Shown: one piece after another, positions 12,401 to 32,472 of the stretch
Layout of the letters: each line of letters begins with the position of its first letter
Position numbering within the stretch: position 1 is the first letter of the stretch
DNA from: Bugula neritina
Taxonomy: Eukaryota; Animalia; Bryozoa
NCBI GenBank assembly: GCA_964035545.1
Contig: OZ037771.1
Coordinates: forward strand, 12,585,133 to 12,649,132
Direction of reading: 5' to 3'
DNA: 64,000 nt
Program-made: the position numbers and the translations under genes
Notes under the pieces: model-generated
The model's database searches: none
Told to the model about the DNA's origin: nothing
Seen by the model: the letters and a program-made list of their open reading frames with translations, nothing else

Positions 12401-14029
12401 GGTTTATAAATAAGCTGAAAACTTGTGACCTCAAAAATTATAAGGGTAAGTTTACTAGCTTGTCTCAAGTCAGGTGACTTGAGAGCTTGAGTCCATAAAA
12501 GTTTCAAATATATATATTTTGGAAACCACAAGTATGATTGTATATTGTTTCTAGCTCAATCAATCTTTATGAGTATAAAATCCAACATCGATAAACTTGG
12601 TGAATTTAACAGAAGTGTAATGATTACACTCACAATAATAATATGAACATATGCAATGTATGTAGAGTATGTTTGCTGATTAACAAAATAAAATTGATAA
12701 AATTGCTAGCTGCATACAACTCCCCAAAATATAAATGATATCATATGCAACACTCCTAGAACATTGGTAACCATAGCAACACTAACATCATGAATACAAA
12801 ATGTCTAACGGGATGAAATTAGCCTCAAATCCTCAACACTAACCTCAGTATAAGTTAGAGGTGGCTTGGTAGCTATCCTACTACAAGCTAGACTTGGACT
12901 ATTGTTCCTAACATATTGGAGAATACTTGGATGCCAAAGGTCCACATCTGGTATTTGACAGTGGGATGTGTGTACGATGTAGCCCTCCTCAATCTTTGTG
13001 GTTGGTTCATCTTGGAGTTCATGGGCTACATAATTGTATGTTTGAAATGATTATAACATGTTGATTATATACTAGAGCAATGGAAAATAACTGCTGATGT
13101 TTTCAAATGGTTAGTGTAAAGTTTATATTTATTTCATATACTTGCTCTACTATTTTATAGTTATAATTACAATCCAACAGTAAATCAGAATGATCCAGGA
13201 CATATAATAAAGCTTGAATGACTGCAATAAACTCATACCTAATTACCAGGTTTTATGAAAAAGAAGCAGTAATATCTTATATTTTGATAACCAGAAAATT
13301 ATTTACGATGCATAAGTATAGTATATTTATGATAAGACTATACAGGCTAGTCAAACACTGAAAGTATAATACAAAGTACAAAATACAAATAAAATAATTT
13401 TTAAAATACTTTACAAGTTGGTATTTTGGTTGTATCTTGTTTACTATATTGCTTAATATAAAAACTCACACAAGTTTATAGTCACCATCCCTGTGAGAAG
13501 ACACTGATAGAAAAGGTTTGTTTGTTAAATTGGGCTAAGGACTTATTTTAATGAGGCTCAGGAGCAATTATGACTGGATGCTCTTTTTAACATCATCAAT
13601 GGTTTTTTGTTAGGGTTCTAACTTAAGACTTACGAAGCAAACCCTCTAACGCCCAGACCCCGGCTGCTCCCTACATCGCTTAATATATCTATGATGAATA
13701 GTATTTGCTATTTGACAGCATAATCTTTTCAAAATATTGCAAACTGCAACAGCTGAAATGAACGAAGAAGGTCTTGGAAATCAAAAATTCACTACTAGCT
13801 TTCTGTGTTTTCTTTTTAAATCAGACAATTCATTGTTATTGTTCTTACTTGCGATGTAATGCTGCCATCACCAAATCTCAGCTGTCTATAACTTACATAA
13901 GATGTTAGTTTGACTGTGTAGCAAGGTTCTCACGTTCTGATAGTCTGAGGTAGAGTGTAAAAACAGCAGTGTTGATCCAATAAGAGATATAAGCAGAACA
14001 AGAACTAAGATTTTTGGGAATTGTCTCAT
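6424..14029 (-). CDS. DUF229-family protein (alkaline phosphatase/sulfatase superfamily), about 660 aa, with N-terminal signal anchor
   Basis: 13 exons: 13897-14029, 12844-13025, 11569-11739, 10623-10754, 10096-10261, 9546-9698, 9324-9462, 8820-8944, 8538-8689, 7970-8110, 7508-7600, 7005-7167, 6424-6656 (1983 nt, open). Motifs include MRQFPKILVLVLLISLIG, CQIPDVD, NVLMVGLDSVSRLN, YNKVRDNT, TLFAED, PADYYLRPF, FSDHGIR, EERLP, RLTTPFD, HWCTC, ISRTNSYG and KKYCYC. Confidence 0.88.
7213..7374. mobile_element. About 160-bp MITE family with TIR like TAGGTGCAGTAATGGAGAAATTGAGA; other copies at 9117-9279, 54862-55001, 58893-59027
   Basis: Termini tgggagcagtag...ttactgcaccta are imperfect inverted repeats. 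The internal sequence is near-identical to 54862-55001 and occurs inverted at 9117 and 58893. Confidence 0.75.
10872..11075. mobile_element. Foldback element with modular inverted arms (ggtaaaaatggcaca units) and a G-rich core
   Basis: Left arm repeats ggtaaaa(a)tggcaca and right arm repeats gtgccatttttacc. Flanked by a 17-bp direct repeat ttct(t/a)acaaaactggtg at 10855-10871 and 11076-11092. Confidence 0.7.
11727..12238. repeat. 23-bp minisatellite (agcatacagcatatcatcatata)n, about 22 copies, derived from the DUF229 exon-3 acceptor junction
   Basis: The first unit overlaps the real acceptor, TGCTTATAG|GATGAAATGCTGTA on the minus strand. Confidence 0.92.
13460..13671 (-). mobile_element. tRNA-derived SINE, copy 2
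   Basis: Aligns by eye with 1-165 and 37703-37880. Confidence 0.75.
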
Positions 14030-16284
14030 CTTCTACATTCAAGCTTCACACAGCAGGTGCTGGCAATACAGCAGATAAGGGTTGTTGTGCCACAGAAATA
14101 ATCTATAAAAAGATAAAGTGAAAAGATTCTTTAATCGTCTTTGTGTTTAGACTAATGGTTTCAGAACAAAAGATGAACATGGAGTATAATAATTGTGGAT
14201 TTATACATGTTTTAAAGTATAACTTCATACTTTCATTTACACATGTATATTTTTATGCTGACTTTAGCATGAGGCTGCACCAAACAAAGCAACATTATCA
14301 TCTATAATTCCAATCCTTTCGACCAGAGGAAAGGATTTTGCAAGCTTGATTATTCTAAATGATGCCTAGCGTTTCTCCCTCCAAACAAAGAGACACACAA
14401 AAAATAGAAATATAGTGGCACATGATATATAGAAGACTTAATGTTAAGCTTTTTGTAAGTAATTTTTGCTCTAAACAGTTGTTAATTATTAAAACCCAAA
14501 AATACTAGTCACACTGGCTGAAGGGTTCAACAGCTCTTTTGCCAGAGCTGAAATTGATCCCCTTCCTAAAAAATGGCAACAATGAAACTTGAATCACAGT
14601 CTAAAAGGATGTACCCATTCAGGTCCAGCCACATAGAGACTTCAATAGTTTTTATTTTAATTGTCTATATGAAGCCCTCTTAGTACTACTCTTTGATTTA
14701 CTTAATAGCTAAATTCTTAAATTGAAATGGAAACTAATATCTTGATTATATGACAACATATGACTACAGATAAATCATAGTTTAAAGTAGCAGAACTATT
14801 AAAAACCTCCAGCAGACGTGGTCTCTGGAATGAACTACATAAAGTAAAAATAAATTTGTGAGTGTCTGGGAAGCATACACTGTTATGCTATAGCCTTTAA
14901 AGTATAAGCATATATTCATTGAAGCGCTATAAGAAGTGCTGACACTAGCAGCAGCAACAGCAACAGCAGCAAAACTGAACTGTCAGCGATGGCAGCCAAA
15001 GAGTTGAAAAGATACTCAAATATGTATCTGGACAGTGTAGCTCTAGCAAAAATTATTAGCATTGTAAACATCAATATAAAAAATTGTGTGAAATATCATA
15101 AATGGGTGACAGTTCACCTTGCTATAGCTGCTTATAAAACGAAAGTTGTAGCTAAAAGCATCTTGCACAACAATCATGCAAGTTCAATGATGTAGAAAAG
15201 ACATGAGACAAGCTTGGTGCTTTCTATCAGTTCATCTTAAACCTAAAGACTTTCACCTTGATTACAAAGTTAGCAACAAAAATAAGAGAAATTATTTAAT
15301 GACTATTATTAAAAAATATTGTAGTTTTTGGTGCCAGCTGTTGGCTAGTCTATTAACAATAAAATTTAAGAAATTTTGCATTAAAAGGTTCAAATTTTCA
15401 CCTGCCCAGTTCCTGTAATTATAAGCGTAAGTAGAGAGTATGAGTACAATTTGACTACTTACATGCCAGGTGTTCTGAATGAGTAGTTCAACAGCGACCT
15501 TTACTGGCAGCAAAAGTTAGCCAACTACCTTCAACAATGTGCTAAAACGAGGGGTGGGAATATTATTGCTTCATACCGCTCATTGGCAGTCTAGGATCTC
15601 AAAATATATAATTATAAATTATTCATTGCGGTTAATTGGGCCAATCAAAACTGCTTTCTTGAAGTTGTAAAAACAGACATCATCATCACGCTGACGTTTG
15701 ACCCTAAATAAAGGTGTCAAATATCAGTTGCTTACTTGCTGTATTTACTGGAAATCTTGTTACAAAGTGAACTAAGAGGTAGCCGGAGAAAGGAGATAAC
15801 TCCAAGCGTCATAGCTGTGCAAATTACTTCTCGCAGACTTTCTGTCCACTAAAATTAGAAATACAAATACGAATACAAAGACTAAGAGAGTTGTAAAGTT
15901 ATCTCCTCTACCTTTGTTTACCGAAGTATTTTATTGGCGCTTCAAAAGTACGTCAGTGCAAGACATAAGAGCAATAATATTATATTAATATTAATTTACG
16001 CGTATTCGGATACGTACATTTTAATCAAATATTTAACTTGCATTTACTATTAGTTAACTTCAAAGAGTAGACTCTAGCTATTACTTGTTGGATCTTTCGT
16101 AGTTTTGCAAATTACAAATAGTTAACGGCGCCAAAAAATTATGCATGCGCGCTGTTTAAACTAAACAACTAGTACTAGTAGTAGTAGTAACAATATAATA
16201 CTAAAAACTAATAAGACTGAAACTTTAGTGCTATTTTTATTTGGATTTCATTGTAGATCAGTATGATTATTAGTTTGTGATATT

Positions 16285-19166
16285 ATGTTTATTGGAGATC
16301 ACGGAGCTTTTATTGAACTTGTACGATCTAGGCCTATCCTGTACGATTCATCAAATCCAGACTATAGAGATGCGCATAAAAAGAAAAGTAGTTGGTTAGA
16401 AGTAATAAGTGAATGGGATTCTGTGAGTGGCGAGAAGAACAATCGTAAGTACTGAGTACTGCTACCAGTATTGAGTGCAGTATGATCTAAGTATTGGGCT
16501 GTGTGCTATTAGTATTACTATTAGTATTAGTAATAGTAATACTAACAGTAATACTAATAGCATTGCCATTGGGCATTAGATTAGTATTACTATAACTGTA
16601 TAAGTATAACTATTACATTTACTATTACTATTAGTATTACTATTAGTATTAGTAATACTATTAGTATTACTATTACTCTTAGTATTAGTATTACTATTAG
16701 TACCAATTATCATTATTAATATTTGGCTTTGCAGCTACTACTAGTATTAGTACTACTAGCATTATTTCAACTTTTATTTTAGTTTTAACATCAATTTCAA
16801 ATTCAATCTATCAGTATCTATGACTCTGAGAGTGAGTATGACACTGCAAATGGTCATGTTGGCTAATTTTAAATATGTTACGCTAAGACTTACTGTTAGC
16901 AAAAACTAGTAGTAGTACTATTAGCATTAGTATTAGTATTACTATTAGTACTCTAATTACTAATAGAAATGCTTATACTAAAACTACAATTTGTAATCAT
17001 CATAATGAGATGTATTATTTTATTAATCTTAACTCATAATCATTAATGATAGGTATGTGAGCCTTAACTGACAAGTGACAGAACTGGGTTAAAGTCACAG
17101 TAAGTCGTGTCAAACTCATTACTCATTAGGATGGCTAATCAAGTCAATTCCAAAATTGTTAATTCGTTTGCTGCTTTTATTGTTAACTCAGTTTGCTATC
17201 ACTGTATCAGTATGCAAGTTTAGCAGTTTAAATAAAAGTTAAGTTGATAACTTTGTTTTTAGCTAATTTTAGAGGGTTTCGTACACAAGTTCTTTCGTAT
17301 ACAAAATAGTGGTTTCGTACACAAACTGCTGTTCATTTGAATAATGAATAAATAATAATAAATTAAATCTACTGGATAACCACTTGAATGATGCTAGTTT
17401 ACCTATTTATTGCTTCCCAGCAAGTGCAAGTATCTTTCACACCTCCCATGTCTTGTGTCACCTATTGATCAATGTTTTATATTAATCTATTATTATAATT
17501 ATGACAAATGTGTTGATATTTATTTTTATATGATTATTGAACACGCTTCTATTTTTTAGTTTTATATTAAATTTAATCTATTAATGTATGTGTGTAATAT
17601 ATGACTGATAGTACACCAAATAATAAATAAGTATCAAATAATGTATTTTAGTTGACTTATATTTAGATGTGCATGGTATGACTTGCGCCCATTTTAGATC
17701 ATCATTTATTGATATCTGATCAATAACAAATAGTCAATTAGCTATTGTAATACTAGCTAAATGCAATATAATCACAATCACCAATTAAAATCAGTCGCTT
17801 TATAGCACATTATAGTTGATTATAGAATTTAATGTGTAGGTTTCTTTGAATTACTATTAATTGGTGTTTGGCAACTTTATCCAATAAAGTTACTTAAGTT
17901 TATTACAGGATAATGGCGTGGAATTCTGGTTTGCTTAAATCTTATAAACCTGCAGCAAGTGAACCAAGACTTTCAAGTTGTGTAGTCCATTAGTTCAGAT
18001 GCTAAAACAATTTAAACCAAATGCTTAATCAAACTAATATAATGCCTTGCTAACAAACTCTAAAGTCTAAACAATGTTAATTAATTATAGTATCTATTTT
18101 GTTTTATTTTCATTTGGATTGCCTGTATTTATATAATTACTGAACATACCTACGGATGTGAAATCTAGAATTACCATAATTAATATTGTTTAATTAATAG
18201 TACTGTTGTTTTCTCAGTCAATTCCTCTTATTCTATTTGTATTTAATAATTTCTACGTAATAATTGTTAAATTTAACTGTGATTTAACTTTCAAAAAGGT
18301 TTATATTCAATTTTTGTGTTTGTAGTTGAATCTATTACCAAAAAATGGGGAAATCTTCGAGATATTTTTTCTTCCAATAAAAGGACATTTGAAAGAAAAA
18401 TTGCTGTAAGTGATAGACCGGTGAAAGAGCCTACGTGGAAATATTATCGCCAAATGTCTTGGTATGTCTCCTACATGAAAAAGAAAGATCACTTGAAATT
18501 GAGAGCTATTAGGTGAGATGAGCCTTCAATAAAATGTTACTGATGTTTGAATATTCTTTTATGTTCATACCAACTATCAACTAATAGTATATTTTCACAC
18601 CAACTATCAACTAATAGTATATTTTTAGACCTAAGCCAACAGAAGTACTTGTTTCCACAAATAGTGTGGGAAATGAACTCAAATTTTCCTTGCCAACCTC
18701 CGGTACATGTTCCACAGTGTCCCCAACATCTGTATCGACCATGGCTTCAGATTCTACTGATCCTATAGTGTCTACTGCTCCTATAGCAAAACCAACCAGA
18801 CCAATACCATCAATGGTGACCAGAGTAACACCGAAAACAAACTCAAATATCACATCAAAAGAGCGCAAAAGTGAACTTCTCAACAGGTTGATTGGGCTAA
18901 GGAAGAATGAGGAGAATCAAGATGAAGCCTACCACTGGGGAATGTCCTTAGCAGCCAGGTACAGGAAACTGACCTCATATCAGCAGGCTGTCACTCGCCG
19001 GGAAATTGAGAAAGTGTTTTTTCAGGCCCAGTTTAATACGCCCAGCGAATTCACACCAGACAAGCCCTCTGAAAGTACACCTGTTGGTAGTGAAGATGTT
19101 AAAATGGAGTCCAGTGAATCAGATGACTCAGAAGATCTGGATGAAGCAGCACAACTCTGGGGGTGA
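16285..19166 (+). CDS. MADF (Myb/SANT-like) domain protein with C-terminal BESS-like motif, about 294 aa
   Basis: Exons 16285-16444 (FIELVRSRPILYDSSNPDYRDAHKKKSSWLEV), 18326-18512 (KKWGNLRDIF...WKYYRQMSW) and 18629-19166 (S/T/P-rich linker, then DEAYHWGMSLAARYRKLTSYQQAVTRREIEKVFF). GT-AG junctions, 885 nt in frame. Confidence 0.85.
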
Positions 19167-20384
19167 CCGAGTGCAGTGTTTGTACACAAACTGAAAATAT
19201 ATCCAGCCCCTGAATCACTGCTTTCAGTGACCCACCAACTCCTAGCCTTGCTTTAAGCAGCAGTCAGTGTGACATCCACAAAGGTGTGTTTTTATTAACT
19301 GTATTTTATTTCATCAATCATTTCTTGTAAAGTTTGTACAAAACATGTACATTTGTTATTTGTATTAAATTGGTGGTTATTAACGGTTGAAAATTTATTT
19401 CTTAGCTGTTCTACAATTGTAATATAATTTTTGGAGTTTATATATCTCAATAAAAAGTAGTTATTGGTATATAACAATACTGTAAAAATAATTACAGTAT
19501 GAATTACAGTATGAAAGTGCTCATTTGTCTACATGTTTGCAAGATGAAGTAAATTTTATGACACTGATTTAACACTTGACACATTTTTATGCTACTTATG
19601 CAAATAGGTTTATAATTCTGAGTTAGTTATAAAGTTTGATTTAGGGGATTAATCTAGTGAGATAAGATGTATCCAGGTTTACTAGGCAGTAAAGCAGTAA
19701 TTGTTAAGTGAGTGAAAGCTTCGAAAAAAAGGGATGGAAAGAACTTAGAAACACTTGCATTCATGAGTTGCACTACTGCCACCTTTTTTATAAAATTAGC
19801 CATTGCTGCACACTAGTCAAAAAATATTGATGTGTATTGTATGTTGACATAGGTCTTCAAACATTGCTAATTTCGGTGGTAACATTGCAAACAATACTAT
19901 GGTATGATCAATGCATTGATATAATTATTTTCATCTTCGAAAAATTTATAAACATAAATAAAGCAGAGCAGACCCAGTTGATGAATTTTTTTAAATCACA
20001 ACAAATTTGCAATAAAAATCAGAGTTGCTTCCTCAGGGAAAAGACAACTCCAGTCACAATCCTGTTGCCAAAAATCCTGACTTCAAAACCGTTCACTATC
20101 GAAAAAATGTTACCATCACCATGTGGTTTGACTAGGTGGAGGCGCAGATGTAATTTAAAATTACTTCTTGCCAGTATATTTCAAACAACTATGGTTTTAC
20201 AAGTGTTGGTGTCTAGAGAGGGTAGCTAAAAATGACACAATAAAAGCAAAAGTAGTCTGCAATGTTGATCTGAAAAGTCAACAAGTAAAATATAATTAAA
20301 GTCCAACACGTGCTACTGCCTTTTGCCTTAATCTCAAAAGTTAGGGAAGAAGAGCTGGATGTAATTTATTTCCTGGTTTGACAT

Positions 20385-26845
<6,461 letters not shown>

Positions 26846-27327
26846 GGTTTATTGCTGTAGAGAAGTCTAAAAGAATTGAGCAGCCAGATTGTTTATCGCA
26901 GTAACTAAAAGTGCCGATATAATTGATACTAAAGGTGAGCAGGTTAGAGATGTAGCTTTTCAGGTCTTGACATGTTACTTTTATGTCATGTAAGGTTAGA
27001 GTAATCCCTTGGCAAAAATTTAACTTTTCATTTCAAAGGTTATCTTCAAAAATATTATCATCAATTTGAAACTAAAGTTAAATAAGATCAATTCAAAAGT
27101 TTGCATTTTGACAACTATCAATCGTTTTAACAATAAAAACGATCTTTATTTATTATTTTATTTTCGAAACTTAAGTTTAACTTCACAGTAAAATAAGGTT
27201 CAATATGATTACAAAAACCACACTTATCGACGTTTAGACCTAGACCAATAAAGCCCCGTTTTGAGTGACATCTTTAAATTTGATAATCATAACTTTGAAA
27301 ATACAGATGTATACAATAACCTATAAC

Positions 27328-27330
<3 letters not shown>

Positions 27331-27402
<72 letters not shown>
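27331..27402. repeat. (TA)n microsatellite
   Basis: Direct inspection. Confidence 0.98.
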
Positions 27403-27404
<2 letters not shown>

Positions 27405-28512
27405 TAATGTAATACAATTACATATTTATAATATATAAGTTTAGTGATATAAACTTTAATAACTTCAATCCTCAATAATTAAAGAGCATTTTTCTCGTCG
27501 GCAAAATTGAAACATCAGCTATGGAACACAAGTTGAAATTTAAATTCCAACTATTACAATTATCCTAACGAGTATTTAAATTTTGATAAATACTGTTGAA
27601 TATCCGTATTCAATGATAATCATAATGTATTACTATAAGCATAAGATAAATTTGAAGTGCGAATAATTTTTAGTGATACAACTGAATCGATTATTTTCAA
27701 TTTCTTTAGTATTTAGTAATTTATTCATTATATCTAATATCTATGAAATTAAACTATTAGGTATAACTATATTTATGCCTTAGTTTAGGCTTTAGCTAAT
27801 AGAGTTCACAATTACTGACGAAGTAAATAAGTTAGTCAATTACTTTATCATAATCATACTGATACTGTTTCATTGTTTTAACTTTCACTTCAAATTAAAC
27901 CATGTCAATATTCTGAAAAGATGACTGTAGTTATAGTATAAGTATAAGACTAAGAGTAAGTATATCACTTATTAGTATGAGTATGACTCCAATTCTATGA
28001 GTATCGCCATCAGTGTGTGTAAATAATTATAAATATAATAATCATTGTTTTTATTAGTACTGCTATTAGACATAGTTTCCTTAAATAATTACTTTACTAA
28101 TTATACTCTATAGTAAAACTCTATGTAGTGCTATCTGCATTACGGTTATTAATTATTATAGTAACTTATTACTTATAGTCATTACTTATTAATATTATTA
28201 GTATTAGGATTAATAATACTATGACTATCCTAAGAGCAAGAGTATTCACTCTCAGTATCACCATCAGTATGGCTATGACTATCACTATGTGTATGTCACT
28301 GTCAGCATCACTATAAGTATCAGTACGGGCATCAGTATGACTATGAATGTGCAGAATAAAAATGAATGTCAATGTCTATAAGTAGAACAGTTATACACTT
28401 ATAGTGGGTTGATATATTTAGTCATACCAAATCTAATACTTATACTAATACTTATAGTGAGACTGAGCATGGTCAAAGTGACATTACGATTAAGTTTAAC
28501 TATTAAGTTTAA

Positions 28513-29202
28513 CCCTTACGCGATCAATGGACCATATATGTCCCTCAAAGCGACACTATCCACAGATCAATGGACCATATATGGTCTTTTAGGTAACTAA
28601 GCAATAGCGCTTACTTTAAACTTCCAGTTTTCAACCAAACAGCCTAGAAGTTTTTGTAATTGATTTTGATAGTGCAGCTTGGTAATTTTTGGATAATTAT
28701 AGCCCTTAAATTCGATTAAAATAATAGCTACCAAGCCAGCTAGTTGCTTTTCAAGTTAATCCCTAAATTTCAAAACTATCGGTAAATTTTACCACTACTT
28801 TCAAATGCAAGAAACTGCTGTCAAATTATAGAGAGCCAGTTTATTTTACTCAGATTACATTTAGAAGAACATCTAAATAAACAGAAATATTAAAGTCACT
28901 ATATTTTGAATCATATTATAAATTAATTTTATCATTTTGAATTTTCAATTTTAAAATGGCGGTTTTGAGAGGTCAAATTAAAATGACTGATTTTAGCTAG
29001 AATTAAGGTCTCCCGTCACTTTAAGAAGCTTTTTATAATAGAAAATACTCTTAAACTTATAGTACCCAGTTTATTTAAGGCCAAAATCAAGTGTAACTTT
29101 TTAATAATGAAATTGAAAGTTATGGAAAATTTGTTAGAGAACTTAGCGATAAACTCAAACGAGGCATAAAATTACGTAACTTCAAAGTTGATCGCGAAAG
29201 GG
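28513..29202. mobile_element. Non-autonomous piggyBac element, 690 bp
   Basis: TTAA on both sides. TIRs CCCTTACGCGATCAA / TTGATCGCGAAAGGG match at 14 of 15 positions. The subterminal repeat gatcaatggaccatatatg occurs twice. Confidence 0.9.
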
Positions 29203-29724
29203 TTAACATACAGATACTGATACTCATACTAAATTTCATAGTGATGTCATACTCATACCGATATTGATGCTTGTACTGACACTTATACTTATAGTAACAA
29301 TAAATGTAATAATATTAATAGTATTATTAAATATTAATACTAATAGTAATATAAAAAAATAATAAACAAACTTATCTAGTATAACATTAACTGATACTGA
29401 TAGTAATCTCATCTCATCTCATCTAATTAATCTCACTCGGAGCGCTTTGGCTCCTTTATCGAGATGCAGTGGTGTATGAACAATTGTTTAGATTATCAGT
29501 AGTAAGGAAGAAAACTATTTTGTCTACGAGATAAGAATATAGTTAATTATGCTTCGATTCAAAGCTCAATAGCTAGCTACTGCCAGGAGAGAAAGAAAAA
29601 AAGAAAAAAAAAAAAAAAAAAAAAAGTAAATAAATAAATAGATATACACCGCACAGCTTCAGATGATATAAAGCAGAGTCGATGTTAAGTGCTTATAATC
29701 AGTTAGGCAAAGCAGCTAAAATCA

Positions 29725-32472
29725 TTAGAAAAGTTTATGGATGCGATGTTTATATGAATGTTTGGCAGTTTTGGTATTGATATTGCCCTTAATAGCACCA
29801 TGTCTGGTATTGTGAGACTCTGCAAAATGAAGGGAGAACCGGTCTTGGTCTATAGCGGCATTACCAGAAAGCATACGAAAGTACATTTTTTGGTCTGCAT
29901 TGTCACGTCTTTGTGCAAGGCTATCCCAATTATAATTTGTCATGAGCTCAGTTATATGATTTCGTTTTCTCTTACAGAATGTCCACCTGAAGGCTTTTCT
30001 ATTTATACCTTCTATGATGTTGATGTTTTTCAATTTAAATGGAGACCAGGTGTGGGTCGCAAATTCTAGTATAGGGCGACAGACTGTTTTATAAGCTATG
30101 GCTCTGGTTTTACTTTTAGCCTTTTTTAGACAGCGCATCAGCATGTGTAATAATTTATTAGCTTTTGAGCAAATGTTTATTATATGTTGATCGAATGACA
30201 GTTTATTATCAATCGTGACACCAAGGTATAATACTTTGTCAACACATTGTAAGGGGTCATTATTCATGCTGTATTGAGACACTAGAGGATTTACAGTGGA
30301 GCGTTGAATTGTCATATGCTCACATTTATTTATATTGAACTTCATCTGAGAACTGTCTGCCCAAGTTATAAGATGGTCTAAGTCATTTTGAAATAAACTA
30401 GAATCAGCAGGTGTTGTGATTGGTTTGTACAACAAGGAATCATCTGCATATAGTTTAAGCTTGCTGTTGGCTACCGCAGAGTGCATGTCATTTATGTACA
30501 CATTAAATAACAATGGTCCTAATACACTGCCTTGGGGCACTCCTGAGGTCACATGTCTAGTGGCCGATTTGACGTTGTTGACACAGACTGAAAGAAGACG
30601 GTTCTGAAGCCATGAAAAAATCCATTTGACAGTTTTATCAGCTATTCCGATATTTAGCAGTTTAACCTGTAGTTTATGGTGCGACACAACGTCAAAGGCC
30701 TTTGAAAAATCCAAGACAGCGAGATCAACCGGTATCATTTCGTCAAAAAAATCTATAAATTCACTCACTGTATTCAACAACTGAGTATCGCAGCCATGAT
30801 TTGTCCTGAAACCATGTTGGTGTGGGTAAAACAGGTCATTTGATTCGAGGAAACAGTTGATATTATGTGATACGATATGCTCGAAGATTTTGGATATGAT
30901 AGAAGTAAGTGATATTGGCCTGTAATTCAGCGGGTCTGTACGACTTCCTTTCTTGAAGATCGGTACAATGTTTGCTGTTTTCCAGTCTTGTGGTGTCTGA
31001 GATGTATCGTAAAAGTACTGAAAAACTTTTGTCAGGGGCTCATATATATAATGTGCAAGATATTTTAGAAGTGCAGGAGAAAGCTCATCTGGGCCAGCAC
31101 CTTTTCGTGGATCGAGTTTGGTGAGCTGTGTTAGGACTCCCCGAGGATCAAATTGTATAGGAGATGATATAGTTTGAGGTGGAATGCAGGGAGGGATATT
31201 ACCATCATCAATAGAAAACACAGAAGCAAAGGAGTCCGCAAAAGATTCAGCTATAGCAGTATTGTTGTTAGGGGGGATGTTGTCTAGTTGGCGTACAGTA
31301 TTTGAGCTGCCCTTTTTACTTGCTATGAACCGATAAAGAGGTTTTGAATCACCCTGCTCTAATGTATTGCATATGTGTTTGTTTATATAATTATTATAGT
31401 CCCTGTTACACAATTTCTTGCAGTACCGGGACTGGGTGGCATGTTTTAAAATGTTGTGCGGGGTGCGATCGTTAAGGCAAGCTAGGTGGAGGTGTTTTCT
31501 TTTTCTGATCTCACTTTTAGTTTCTTGGGATATCCAGAGTTTTGATTTTTTCTTTCTAAATTTGTATGGGATATTGGAATGGGCTACCTGAAGTATTCCA
31601 GATTTGAGATTATGCCATAACTGTTCAGCGCTACATTTCTTAGAGATATCTGAGGTGATTTTACAATGTAGGGAGTAACAGTCCACGGTGATGTTCGTTA
31701 TGTCTGCCTTTTCAAACTGCCAATATGGCTTTGGTTTGGTTAGGGATGCTGTTCTTTTAATAACATTATCCGCCAACACATTGAAATTGATAATAAAATG
31801 GTCAGAGCAGGATGACTCAACTCGGGGGTTAGTGGTAGTTACATTTGTAACAACTAGATCAAGCGTATTACCTTTGTCGTGAGTAGGTTTATTGATAGCC
31901 TGAGAAAGATTATTCGAAATTATAAAATCTACGAACAATTGATGCAAGTTAGTTTCTCTAGTTGTTTTAAGTACAGGCCTGCTACTATCATTCCAGTCAA
32001 TGTCAGGTAGGTTAAAATCCCCAACCATAACAATGTTCGGATTGGTTTGATCATAATACCAATTTACTATATCTTCTACTTGTTTTATACAGGGTCTACG
32101 GTAATAGCATGCAATAGTGAAAGAGTATCCACAGATTGATAAGTCAAGGGCAATGATTTCCCCAGGGTGTGAGACATTGATTCTACTAACAACAAAGGGA
32201 CATTTATTGGATAGGCCTATAAGGACTCCACCTCCACGTCCTAGTCCGTCAGTTCGATCACGCCGGTACAGGGTGTAGTCTCTGGATAACTCATTATCGG
32301 AAACTGATGAATCTAGTTTTGTTTCACATAAGCAAAAGATATCTGGCGATTGCTGATCTAGTAGCATGGAAAGTTCATGTATTTTACCCCTGATACCATT
32401 ACAATTCCAAGATATTACTTTTAACTCTTTTTGTTCTGCCATGATAGTTGAGTTGGACAGGTTAGTTCGCAT
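29725..32472 (-). CDS. LINE ORF2: APE endonuclease plus reverse transcriptase (915 aa)
   Basis: EN motifs SWNCNG, LCETKL, GGGV, GDFNLP, LDLV and SDH. RT motifs YRPISLTS, QHGFR, LDFSKAFD, GVPQGSVLGPLLF, YADD and YLGV. No stops or frameshifts. Confidence 0.96.
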   Translation of the reverse strand: MRTNLSNSTIMAEQKELKVISWNCNGIRGKIHELSMLLDQQSPDIFCLCETKLDSSVSDNELSRDYTLYRRDRTDGLGRGGGVLIGLSNKCPFVVSRINVSHPGEIIALDLSICGYSFTIACYYRRPCIKQVEDIVNWYYDQTNPNIVMVGDFNLPDIDWNDSSRPVLKTTRETNLHQLFVDFIISNNLSQAINKPTHDKGNTLDLVVTNVTTTNPRVESSCSDHFIINFNVLADNVIKRTASLTKPKPYWQFEKADITNITVDCYSLHCKITSDISKKCSAEQLWHNLKSGILQVAHSNIPYKFRKKKSKLWISQETKSEIRKRKHLHLACLNDRTPHNILKHATQSRYCKKLCNRDYNNYINKHICNTLEQGDSKPLYRFIASKKGSSNTVRQLDNIPPNNNTAIAESFADSFASVFSIDDGNIPPCIPPQTISSPIQFDPRGVLTQLTKLDPRKGAGPDELSPALLKYLAHYIYEPLTKVFQYFYDTSQTPQDWKTANIVPIFKKGSRTDPLNYRPISLTSIISKIFEHIVSHNINCFLESNDLFYPHQHGFRTNHGCDTQLLNTVSEFIDFFDEMIPVDLAVLDFSKAFDVVSHHKLQVKLLNIGIADKTVKWIFSWLQNRLLSVCVNNVKSATRHVTSGVPQGSVLGPLLFNVYINDMHSAVANSKLKLYADDSLLYKPITTPADSSLFQNDLDHLITWADSSQMKFNINKCEHMTIQRSTVNPLVSQYSMNNDPLQCVDKVLYLGVTIDNKLSFDQHIINICSKANKLLHMLMRCLKKAKSKTRAIAYKTVCRPILEFATHTWSPFKLKNINIIEGINRKAFRWTFCKRKRNHITELMTNYNWDSLAQRRDNADQKMYFRMLSGNAAIDQDRFSLHFAESHNTRHGAIKGNINTKTAKHSYKHRIHKLF

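Noticed and set aside
19837-20229. 130-aa plus-strand ORF
   Set aside because: It has a non-ATG start and no motifs, and lies in the convergent 3' UTR region of ABCE1/MADF.
29590-29640. Poly(A) tail of a plus-strand retro-insertion
   Set aside because: It lies between the ORF2 stop and the stem-loop/(GAGAT)n tail of the minus-strand LINE. It is better read as a U-rich 3' UTR tract, and no TSD was seen.
29758-31882. Plus-strand ORFs within the LINE; also 25041-25487, 42451-42711 and 54074-54274
   Set aside because: They are antisense shadows of real coding sequence with no recognisable motifs.
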